In this document: positions 51,149 to 63,573 of the stretch, in pieces
How positions within the stretch are numbered: the stretch's first letter is position 1
Layout of the letters: each line of letters starts with the position of its first letter
Assembly (NCBI RefSeq): GCF_006345805.1
Contig: NC_043021.1
Coordinates: 16,120,001-16,184,000, forward strand
DNA length: 64,000 nt
Direction of reading: 5' to 3'
From: Octopus sinensis
Taxonomy: Eukaryota
Position numbers and translations under genes: made by a program
Notes under the pieces: model-generated
What the model saw: only the letters and a program-made list of their open reading frames with translations
Told to the model about the DNA's origin: nothing
Database searches by the model: none

Positions 51149-54100
51149 ATCAGTGAAGGTGCATGGCTCAGTGGTTAGAGCATCGAGCTTACACTCATGA
51201 GGATGTGAGTTCGATTCTCGGACTGAGCTGTGTGTTGTGTTCTTGAGCAAGACACTTTATTTCCCCGTTGCTCCAGTTCACTCAGAAATGAGTTGCGGCA
51301 TCACTGGTGCCAATCTGTATCAGCCCCTTTGCCTTTCCCTTGGATAACATCAGTGGTGTGGAGAGGGGAGGCTGGTATGCATGGGTGACTGCTGGCCTTC
51401 CATAAACAACCTTGCCAGGACTTGTACCTCGGAGGGTAACTTTCTAGGTGCAATCCCATGGTCATTCATGACCGAAGGGTGTCTCCCATAGTAATCAGAC
51501 AAAAAAATGAAGATGATAATGTTGCAATTGTTTCGGATGGTTGAAGAAACTGTTTCTTCTCTATGCCTTAGTTTGTAACCACTACACCATATGCCCACAG
51601 GCATATGGCGTAGTAGTTAAGGCATGTGGTGTAGTGATGAAGGCTGAAAGGTATATCAGCTGAACAGCAAACAAGATGAGGACAAATATCCATCAAATGT
51701 AAATAATGTACCATAGCCATGTGTTCAGAAGGATTCTTTGGGGTTTGTATTTATTGTCAGGTTCTGCTGAAACACCATTCATTGGTTAAAGCTGTTTTTT
51801 TTTTTTATTTTGTTTTTTTTTATAATTACAGGCAACCAAGGCTTGCAAAGTGAAATTAGTCCTAAAGCAGACAGTCCAATCCTGTGCTTAGGGAGTCCGT
51901 TGTCACAAGACATGGATGTATCGTCTTTTGTAAGTTGTTACTGTAGAACAGTGGTTTCCAAACTATGAGTTGCGACCCACAGATGGGTCGCGGACGGAAT
52001 CTTAGTGGGTCGCAAAAAGTTATAAAATTACGCATTAGCTTTGATTAACTGCTGTCTATCGAGATAGTTCAGTAGAGTTAAGTGGGTCATCATAAACTGG
52101 TGTGATAAATAGTGGGTTGCGACTCTAAAAAGTTTGGGAACCACTGCTGTAGAATATTCTTTCCATCTCTTCAGTTATTGGTCGTCATTGTCTTAAGACA
52201 CCTGAATTGCTGGTACAGGAGATTAACAGTTTCACAACGTGCTATTTGTATTGTGTGTGTGTGTGTGTGTCTGTAGAATTTTCTGTGAGCATGTACCATT
52301 CCAAATTTTTGTAAGGAGAGGTATAAGTGGTATTTTCGTTTTGTCCATAAAAATGAAAAGAATAAATGTGTGTGGATCATGGGCAAAATTTTGACTGCAG
52401 TTTGCCCATGAATGGCACATTGGTCTGTGTGTGTATGGTTCCATTGTTTGTCTCCACCATTGCTTAACTACTGGTGATGGTTTGTTTACATCCTTATAAC
52501 TTATCAATTCAGCAAAAAAGACCAAAAGAATAGAATAAATACTAGATTTAAAAGCAGTCACCATGGTCGATTTGTTCAGTCAATCCCTTCAAGGTGGTGT
52601 GTCATTTGGCTGCTGTCTAATGACCTGAAACCAGTAAAAAGTTGCCAGATAAAAAAAGACTACTGCGATGCGGATTACTTCCTGATATTTGTCAATTTGT
52701 ATAGAATTCACATCAGTAACTGATTCCTTGATATCTTTTGTTTTCTCCTCTCCTTTAAAGTCCACCCAAACAAATGCGTCAAGCTTGAAGCCAAAACAGA
52801 ACCGGGTGCATCCCAATGAACACAGACGAGTCTCACACATATCTGCTGAACAGAAACGACGGTGTAATATAAAGGTACGATGTCTACTGTTGTTGTTCCT
52901 CCCACTTGCTTCAAGGTTACTTCACTGGTTTCAAGTTCAAATCCTGTGAAAGCATTTTGTTAGATGCTGCATAAAAGACGCTCAGGCATATTAGATACAC
53001 TCCAGTTCCTGCAGCACATAAGATAAAAAAAATGCTTTTTCTGCATCAGAGCATGAAATATTTAAAGTGGTCCAGCACTATTTTACAACAAAATTACAAA
53101 AATACTTTTGCCTTTAGCAAGAAATATTATTGTATGTAAAAAGTTAGCAGTGCAGCTTGGTAGAAGAGATCATTTGGAATAAAATTAACCTCTAGTAGGG
53201 AGTGTCAGAGACAAATTTAGCTTATGGGAGGTTCAAATTCACATATAGGACCAGGGGTGGGGTTGTTTTGAGACACTGTTTTAAAGAAAAAAGTGCATCT
53301 TATACAGGGGTTGGACAAAATAATGGAAACTCCTTAAAATTTTGAACAAATTTATTTTAATATGGGGTAGGACCACCTTACCTTCGGCAGTAGTTACAGT
53401 TTGAATTCTATAAGGTATGGGCTCATACAAAATTTGAATTGTTTCCAAAGGAATATTTGTCCATTCTTCAGCTAAAGCAGTCTCCAGTTCTTGTAGTGAA
53501 GATGGTGGAGGATATCGACTCCTTACTTGTTTTTCTAAAATGTACCATAAATGTTCAATAATACTGAGATCTGGGGACTGTGGTGGCCAGATAAGATGTT
53601 CAACTCCGGAAATAGTTCCACAACCATAGGATGGATTTAATCAGATAGAATGCTTAAATAGTTTTGACTAATAATTCTGTCACGAAGGGAAACCATTGGG
53701 CCAGTGGAATTCCAAGATATAGGGCCCCAGATCATCACAGATCCTCCTCCATGTTTAATAGTTGGAATAAGGCAGTCTGGATCAAATGCTTCTTTTGGCT
53801 GTCACGACAAGTATACTCAGCCAGTGGTTGGAAATAATGTAAAGGATGACTTGTTGGAGAAAATAACATTCTTCCACTGCTCTAGGGACCAATTCTGTTG
53901 GTTTTTACTCCATCCTAAACGCTTTGTTTTTTAAAGTAGTGGTTTTCTGATTGCTGCCCTCCCGTGAAATCTGGCTTTGTGCAGCTCCTAGCAAACAGTT
54001 TTTGTGAAAACTGGGTTCCCAAGGTGGTCATTAAGTTCTGCAGTAATTTTGGGAGCTGTACTTTTGTGATCCTTTCTAACAATTCACGTAAGAGTCCGAC

Positions 54101-57100
54101 GATCCCTATCTGAAAGTTTGGTTTTTCTTCCGGAGTTTTGTTTCAACAAGGTTTTTCCCTCTTTCTCAAAGCTCTCATTACTTCTGAGACAATACTTCTT
54201 GATACACCAAACATTTTGGCTGTTTTCATTATGCTAGTGCCTGCCATACGAGCACCAACAATTTGACCTCTTTGAAAGTCCAATAGATCTGTCATTTTAT
54301 TGAATTTTAATTACCTTTTTCTGATGATATCTGAAAAGAAACAGCAATTTTAGCAAAACATATTAAGCAACACTGATAATGAACCAAAAGGCATTACAAT
54401 AAACAAGCTTTTGACAGTTTTATAGATATTTTAAAATTATGATGCTAGGTGTTTCCATTATTTTGTCCAACCCCTGTATCTCATAAATCTCATCAGGACC
54501 AACCAAGGGCTAAACAAAAGGCTAACAACAATAAACATGGATCCGAGGGAAGTAACTCCGAATGTTGTTCTGAAACAGGATTTGTAATTATAACCTTTTG
54601 TTATTGGTTTTATCCTACCATCAATAACATAATTACCAATAAATTACTATAGCTGATCTAGTAAGCTAGATCTACCCCCATCACCTAATATTTATGATTT
54701 TGTACATGTATTTTCTTCTCTTTGTTGTTAACTAGAACTTGCCCTTGCCTCATGTACCTGTCTTTCAAATCTGGTATTAGTCCCCAGTTCTGTTCCTCAC
54801 AGGAATACTACAACTCATAGGGTTTTATGCTTTCATCTACCCTTAAAAGCTCAAGTAGTGTTGAGTGGACACTTTTAGGAGATTTCGGCCTCTACCTCCA
54901 CCTGTTTATATCATCTCCACACCCTTATGAAAGCATCCACCCCTTCATCCCCTCTCATAATCCACTGTCCACGTCTTATGATCACCTTCTTGTTTCTTGA
55001 GAGTTTGATCACTAACTTCCTCTTATCTCCTTAATCCAGATATCTCCTCTATAATGAGACACCTGTGTTTATTCTTCTATCATATTTTAGTCTTTCAACA
55101 CCTGGTATAAAATCACCCACCTCCATCTTCCCCTCTCTAATACTTCTTAGGAATGGGAGCTTTTTTCTTTTCCTTTTCCCTCTGTTCTTTTCTGTCTTTG
55201 AAGTTACATGGCAACCTCATTAGAGCCAGTGGCACTTAAAAAAGCACCCAGTACACTCTGTAAAGTGGTTAGCATTAGGGAGGGCATCCAGTTATAGAAA
55301 CCGTATCAAAGGTGACATTGAGTCTCCACACAACCCTGCAGCTTGCTGGTTCCCTGTCAGACTACTCACCCAACCCATTCCAGCATGGAAATCAGGCATT
55401 GGTTTCTTGCTTGCTTGAAGAAGCCTGACAGACATCGTTATCAGTAGATTAAATGTACCCCAGCATTCAACTGGTATTGTATTTTGTCGACCTTGGAAAG
55501 ACAAGCTACCGCAAAACCTTGTAATTACAACAAATAATTGCTTGGAAATAAAGAAGGTAAAGTTGGATGTCAAGAAGAAAAAATAATGCAAGTCTAGTCC
55601 CAAAATGTCTCATTCTGTTTTTTATTGTTTTGTTTTTTTTACCTGGTCAGCCAAATTTCCAGATGAGTGAAAAGCCAATCTATTCTATAAATTTTCCACC
55701 AACATAGCAAAGGAACTTGCTAGTTAAGAGTACAATACAATAGTTGTGACCAAGATTTGAACCTGAAACCTGTGCTTTATGTCATTGCTGTTATATATAT
55801 ATATCTAGCATTGATCTATATATTTATTTTATCGATCTGTTTGTAATTGTTATTGTTCTCATTGCATTGTTGTAGTTTATTATTGATCATTGTCATTATC
55901 ATCGTTCTGAGGATGAACAGTCGATCTTCATTATCATTTGCTTTCATCATTCAACAGAGTGGCTTTGACGTGCTTCACAGCTTGATTCCTTCACTGAAGC
56001 AGACCCCTACCGGCAAAGTTAGTAAAGCTACACTGTTACAGAAAGGTAAGGAAGGTTCTGATGCTATAATTTACCGTAGCTACACCTTGCTTTATTAACT
56101 TCTTCTTTACGCAGCAGCATCAATACCAAACCCGTTTGCTTCTCTGCCATGACTTGAGATGAGGACCACCCCAGAGCATTCCGTGTGGTTTTTCTCTTTT
56201 TGTCTATGACAGTGCTTTTCAAACTTTTTGCTGGAGCGGAACCCCAAGGAAACATTCCACTGGCTCGAGGAACCCCTGTGCAATAATTTAATAGTCTTAT
56301 GCACACATATCTGCACAGGAGAATTAAAAATTACTGCTGATTTTAGCAGTTTTGTAACTTCTTGTGGAACCCCTGGACTGTACTGGCAGAACCCTAAGGT
56401 TCTGCGGAACCCTGGTTGAAAACCACTGGTCTATGACATAAGTGGCTTTTAGCAACTCAATTGATTCAGCTTATTTTGATATTCATTGAAATCAATAAAT
56501 ATCAGCTTCTCTCTTGCTTTATCATTGGGAAGACTTGACATTTTTTGTTTTTCTTTTGGTCAATGGTTTAGTCTAGCATTTCCTGGCTTTATCATTCTTG
56601 GGGAGCTCTAGAAATATATTCTATGTCTCAAAGAACCCTTACATGCACATTTAATATATAAATATATGTCTGGCCCATGCAAACAGGGAAAAGTAGACCT
56701 TTCATTTTTTCATAAAGTTAAACTTCTAAGAATTGACATAATAAGACTGACTTTTAAATGGTTTGGCAGTAATAAAAAGAATCTAAGACATGGAACAAAC
56801 AAAAAAAGATCAAATGACACGGAACAAACAATATCTCTTCTCAATGACTTCTACGACTGTCTTCACAAAGCGCCTGCACACACCTCACTGTCCTTCACTC
56901 ACAGTGCACATGTGATTTTATACAGTTTAGGACAGTTGACTTGCTATCCTACAGGGGTGTCAGGATTTCACCACAACAGTATTAAAGCCATTATGTAGTT
57001 ATTTAGACAAACCTACCTGACTTTCGTCTCTTACGGCTGTGACCTTGTACTTCACCATGAGTATTGCATCACCCAATTATTAAATCACGCATTTATATCG

Positions 57101-60100
57101 TCTAAAAGGTTCATGCCAGAACACTTAGTACCTTTAAAATGGACACCACATTTTTTAACCCTTTAGTATTTAAACCGGCCATATCCGGCCCAAATATTCT
57201 ACATGTTTTATATTCAAACTGGCGATATCTGGCCTCTTACACCTAACCTACATTGACATTCTAAAAATAAATAATCACATCATTGAAACCTCAAAAGCTA
57301 TAAGATAATGCAGGATTAATTAAAAACAATTTGAGTAAAAAAATATTGCATTTAACAGAGTAATCTGAACACTAAAGGGTTAAAGTCCTTAGCAGGACAG
57401 ATTACACTGTAACATGATTTCTGTTCTTGGGTAGCAACTGTTATTTCCTATTTGCTTTATCCTAGAAAATATGAAAACTGGCCAATAATTCCTTCAAACT
57501 TTGCTTTTGTTACATTTATTCAAATCCCAAAGAATCCCCTTCAACACATGACTATGATGCTGCCCCCACCACTGCTGTTCATCATCAGAGATGCACATAT
57601 TGTCAGTCTCTTAGGGACATGCTCAAGTGGTCATGGTCAAACGACGGTCAAGCAAATCTCTGGTATTGAGCCGAATATTTGCTGTGACAATATTTCTTCT
57701 TCAGCAACTCAGGGCTGAATCTGTCTGAAATCTAATGGTCAGTTTCAAAACATTGATGTCTGGGTCGGAAAAGCAAATAAAACTGGATCTCTTCCTGTCA
57801 GGTGTCCCAGATGAACCAACTTCACGGCAGGAGGTGCAGATGAGAGCAGCTGCATCGAACTCTCTCATGCACCAAATGGCAATTGCTAAAAAGCATTCGT
57901 GAAGTAAAAATCATGCAGCAACACCGAATGGCAGTGCCCCAGCATGGCCACAGCTCGTGAGATGAAACTAGATAAAATAAAATATAAATAAAACAGTCGT
58001 GATTTCCTTTGAATTCTAGATAGAAGCAAATAGGAAATAGCACTTACTGGCCAAGGACAAAAAAAAGTTAAAATTTTGTTACCGAGTGTTATCATCATCA
58101 TCATCATCATCATTTAAGATCCATTTTCCATGCTGGCATCGGTTAGATGTTTTGACGAGATCCAATGGGTTCAGGAACAGTATCATGTTCCATTATCTGC
58201 TTTGGCTTGGTTGCTGCAGCTGGATGCCCTTCCTGACACCCACCACTTTACAGCATGAACTGGGTGCTTCTTATTCATTCATTCTTTTGTGATATCAGCA
58301 ATGGTTACCATTGCCATGCAGCTTGCAAGTTTCATACCTGAACATATTGGTTCAGCTGTTGTTGTTGAACTCCAACCATCACCCTGTACATTCTGTACAT
58401 TTTATACCTATATGGAGTGAATGCTGAACCTGTAAGTAAACTGTCAGTATTCCTGGGGCTGTTTTGATACCAACCCACAAGTACCTCTCGGTTTAAATTA
58501 TTCATGTCTAACCCTTTAGTATTTAAACCGGCCATATCCAGCCAAAAAAATTAATCTGTTTTTGTTCATACTGACCAGATCCAGGCCCTCACACCTACCC
58601 TACAGTGTTATTCTACATTAGGTAATTACACCATCAAGATCTTGAAGATATGAGATAATGCATGATTAATTCAAATCAATGTGAATCAATAGGCATTATG
58701 TTTGAAAGAATAATCTGAACACTAAAGGGTTAAATTAAAATCTTCCATTGTGACATAAGTATATTTTCTTAGATTATGTTCCAAACGCTAAAATCCTTCC
58801 AAATTCTTATTTTCATAATGAATTGAAGCACATGGACAAATAGGGTTACAAAAAGGGTTGAATTGTTGATTTATGCCATCAGAACTAACTGGTCAGCTCA
58901 GTTGAACTACATAACAAACCACGTATCTGACACACTGGATAACATAATCCTAGATAGACTATACCTTATTCCGCTGTCTTCAAAATCATTTAGACAGAAA
59001 AAATATGAATTCTGTAGATGAGGTCAGAAGAGTACTGGAGGAGTATTTTTTGTCATGGACAAGTGAATTTTGGGAGAGGGGCCTTGCAAGTCTACCAGAT
59101 AGATGGAAGAGCATTGTAGAAAATGAAGGAGAGTAAATTTTAGATTGAAAAAGAACTTTGTTCATCTTAATTTTGAAAAATAAAAGAAGCATAAAAAAAA
59201 ACTTATTTATGGGATGACCCAATATACACATACCTTTCAGTTTCTGTCTACCAAATTCACTACCAAGACTTTTGTGGGCTTGAGGCTATAGCAGAGGACA
59301 CTTACTCAAGATGCCACACTCTAGGATTGAACCCAGAACCATGTGGTTGGGAAGCAAAGTTCTCAGTACACAACCATGTCTACAGAAGAAGCCTATTGTA
59401 TGTGTATATGTATGTACATACATGTGAGTGAGCTTGTATTTCCCCTTGTCTTGTCACAAGTGCACTGATTGTCTGTTCATACTGATAGCGCTGTTTGCAT
59501 GCAGTCCACTGCAAAAGCATGTCTGGTTTCTCATGGCCGATGTCAGTTGCATATCTGGCACCCATGCTGGTGGCACATAAAAAAAACACCCTTCAAACAC
59601 TGGGTTTCGTGGAGGCAGTGACAAATGACCAAGATCTTTGGCAATATACTGATAGGCGGCAAGGTGGCAGAAATGTTAGCACGCCAGGCGAAATGCTTAG
59701 CAGTATTTTGTCTGCCGTTACGTTCTGAGTTCAAATTCCACCGAGGTCGACTTTGCCTTTCATCCTTTCGGGGTCAATAAATTAAGTACCAGTTATGCAC
59801 TGGGGTCGATATAATCGACTTAATCCATTTGTCTGTTCTTGTTTGTTCTCTCTGTGTTTGGCCCCTTGTGGGAAGTAAAGAAATAGGCATTTCGTCTGTC
59901 TTTACGTTCTGAGTTCAAATTCCACTGAGGTAGACTTTGCCTTTCAGGGTTGATAAATTAAGTACCAGTTGCATACTGGAGTTGATCTAATTGACTGGCC
60001 CCCTCCTCAAAAATTTCAGGCCTTGTGCCTAGAGTAGAAAAGAATATACTGTGTTTGAGAAGACCTGTCAAGTCAAGGGAGATCGTAGCCATGGCTAATG

Positions 60101-63100
60101 CCAGTGTTTCACAACTGGCACCTATGCTGGTGGCACGTAAAATACACCCATTACACTCTTTGAGTGGTTGGTGTTAGGAAGGGCATCCAACTGTTGAAAC
60201 CATACCAAATCAGATTGGGACCTGGTGCAGCTCTCCAGCTTACCAGATTTCAGTAAAACCATCCAACCCATGCCATCATGGAAAATGGTCATTAAATGAT
60301 GAGGATGATAGCTTGACAGGTTTTGCAATTTTCGTAAACAAGAGACTCGTTCAGACAGTGTTGTTTGTTTCCAGTTCTCCACATAAGCATATCTGGGCTG
60401 TTTGATGTTCAATAGACCGGGAAAACTGGGTTGATGTCAGGAAGGGAATTGAGCTGTAGAAAACATTGTCTCATCTGACCCATGCAAGCATGGAAAAGTA
60501 GACGTTAAAACAATGATATTGCTGTTGATTTATTCTGTTTCCGACAATGTTTTGACAAACAATTTTCTTTTCTCTTCTCCCTTGTTGCAGCTGCTGAATT
60601 CTGCAAAAAAATGAAATCTGAAAGAGTGAAAATGCAAAATGAATCTGAAGTGTTAAAATTAGAAATTGACAGTTTAAATTCGGACATAAGGTAAGGAAGA
60701 CTCTTTGTTTCATCTTTCATTTGTTTCAGTCCCTGGATTGCAACCATGCCGGGGGCAGCACCTTGAAGACTTTTTAGTCCAACCGATCAACTCCAGTACT
60801 TGTATTTTTAAGTCCAGTATGCATTTTACCAATCTCTGTTGCCAAACTGCTAAGTTATGGGAATGTAAACAAGTCAGCACCAGTAGTGAAGTGAGATGTG
60901 GGGGGAGGGGTATACATACATGCATATATAGACATTTAAAGAGTAAAGAAACCCCTTTGGTAATGAATGACCCTGGGATTGCACCTAGAAAGTTACCTCT
61001 AAGGCACAAGTCTGGGCAAGGTTGTTTATAGAAGACCAGCAGTTGCCCATGCCTACCTGTCTCCCCTTTCCATGCCACTGATGTTATCCATGGGAAAGGC
61101 AAAGGCTGATACAGCTTGGCACCAGTGATCTCACAACTCATTTCTACAGCCGAGTGAGCTGGAGCAACATGAAATAAAGTGTCTTGCTCAAGAAAACAAC
61201 ACACAATCTGTTCCAGGAATTGAACTCACTACTTCATGATTGAGCTAAACCTAGGTGAATATGTTATATGATTCTTGTTATCCTAAAATGGTGCCAGTAC
61301 ATTCTGTAAAGTGATTGGTGAATGGGAAGTGATTATGCATGACCGAGGGTGTCCTTTAGTCTTGTTTTGGACATGGCAACCTCTTTAGTGCTGATGCCAC
61401 AGTATAAGAACCTAATGTCAGGTTGTGAAGGCCCTTTATTCCTCTAATATAATAAAGACGAAAACTAATTTCTCCGTGAAAGTGTGTCACACTTTGACCG
61501 TCTCTCTCACCATTCATTGACACTCCTACTATTGCTCATGTTGGGGTGAGAGTAATAGTAGGCATAGAGACGGTAGTAGATTGACGGTTGTGATAGTAAT
61601 AGTATGAGCTGTAGTTGTGATAGAGGCAGAGGTGATGATGGTGGTGGTGGTAGCTAAAGCAGTCAGGGACAACGGTGATAGTAAGCGATGTGAAAGACAG
61701 TGGAGATGGTGGTGGAGGGGAAGGCGGTGAAGTCAAAGGTATTGATGGTGTTAAGGTGGCGAGCTGGCAGAAACATTAGCACGCCGGGCGAAATGCTTAG
61801 CAGTATTTCGTCTGCCGTTACGTTGTGAGTTCAAATTCCACCGAGGTCGCCTTTGCCTTTCATCCTTTCGGGGTCGATAAATTAAGTACCAGTTATGCAC
61901 TGGGGTCGATGTAATCGACTTAATACCTATGTCTGTCTTTGTTTGTCCCCTCTATGTTTAGCCCCTTGTGGGTAATAAAGAAATGGTGGCGTGAAAAGTC
62001 TGAGTGGTGTGTGTATGGCAGTTGTGGTGGCAATGGTGGTGGTACTGGTGATGGTGATAGTTGAAAACAATCAACAGAAAGAGAGAGAGAGAAAGAAAGA
62101 AAGAGGTTAGACAAGAAAAAAATCGTGCTGTCCCCCGAATGGGAAGACAAAATATGTTGTTTATCATGCAGCTTTGCAACAAGTTCCAAGTCGACGAATT
62201 ATATCATTGTTTTGATGAAGATTGTTCATAGCTTGAAAAACATTGGTCAAGTTTAATAAAATTTGATATGTGCTTAATGCATGAAGTGTCATTGTTGGGC
62301 CCAAAGCCCAATGAAGAGCCCTCCACACGAGCTAGATTAACCCTTTAGCATTTAAACCGGCCATATCTGGCCAAAAGTATTCTGCCTGTTTTATGGTCAA
62401 ACTGGCCAGATCTGGTCTCTCACACCAACCCTACAATATCGTTTTAAAAATTAACAGCTACCTCATCAAAATCTCATAGCTACAAGATGATGCAAGATTA
62501 GTTCAAAACAATGTGGATAAAAAAGCATTAATTTTGGCAGAATAATGCGAACACTAAAGGATTAAAAGCCACCCTATCAGGCGGCTTTTAAGCTAGTGTT
62601 GAATATATGGTGGTTTCACTTGTGCTGGTTCTACATTAAAAGTACACCCAATACGCACAGTAAACTGGTTGGTGTGAGGAAGGGCATCCAATCTTAGATG
62701 GGAGCAATGCCAAAGATGGAAACATAAGATAAGGCTGTACTGACTAAAATGACATCATAAAGAAGAACCGATTCTTCTCAGGCCATGATGATGAGATGCA
62801 TTTGGTATCAGCATGCATCTGCACACATGCACATGCACTCCCATTTCTGTTGTTCAGGCAAAGTTAACCCAGTTTTAGCCTCCTATCATCTCCAATGCTG
62901 CTTATCTCTCTCTTTCTCTCTCTCTCTTCCTTCCTCTCTCTTCGCTACCCACTTTCCTTTACATACTCCAACTTCACACCCTATAATTTATTCTTCTTCC
63001 CTTTCTATTTCAGTTACTGTCAGTCACAGCTACCAGCTACTGGGGCTCCAGTAACGAGGGCTGACCAGATCAATGAAATGTATGATGAATATGTCCGATT

Positions 63101-63522
63101 ACGAACCAATCAGAATTGGAAGTTTTGGATTGTATCCTTTTCGTCTCGGTTAACTTTCTTTATATTTAAAATTTCTTTCTCTGCTCTCCTTCCTTTGTAC
63201 TCCTTCCTTTGTACTCCTTTCCTTTGTACTCCTTTTCTTTGTATGTTAAATTTATTTGAATATATATTTTTTCTTAAGAAGAAATTTGGTCCATGTTGTG
63301 TGTGATGAGTGAATTTCATCACACACAACATGGACCAAATTTCTTCTTAAGAAAAAATATATATTCAAATAAATTAAACATAATATCATGAATAGTGATA
63401 GCGAAACCGGTCGATATATTAAAAATTATATTAAAACCATGTAAGTGTGCATATTTTCCTTTTTTAATTTCGTATATACATTTACAACCCACCACGTGGG
63501 GACAATCAAAATTCCTCTTTTC

Positions 63523-63573
<51 letters not shown>

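Noticed and set aside
57390-57950. Possible Tc1-like GGGSI.V remnant on the - strand
   Set aside because: Only a short motif with many stops and no TIRs; insufficient support
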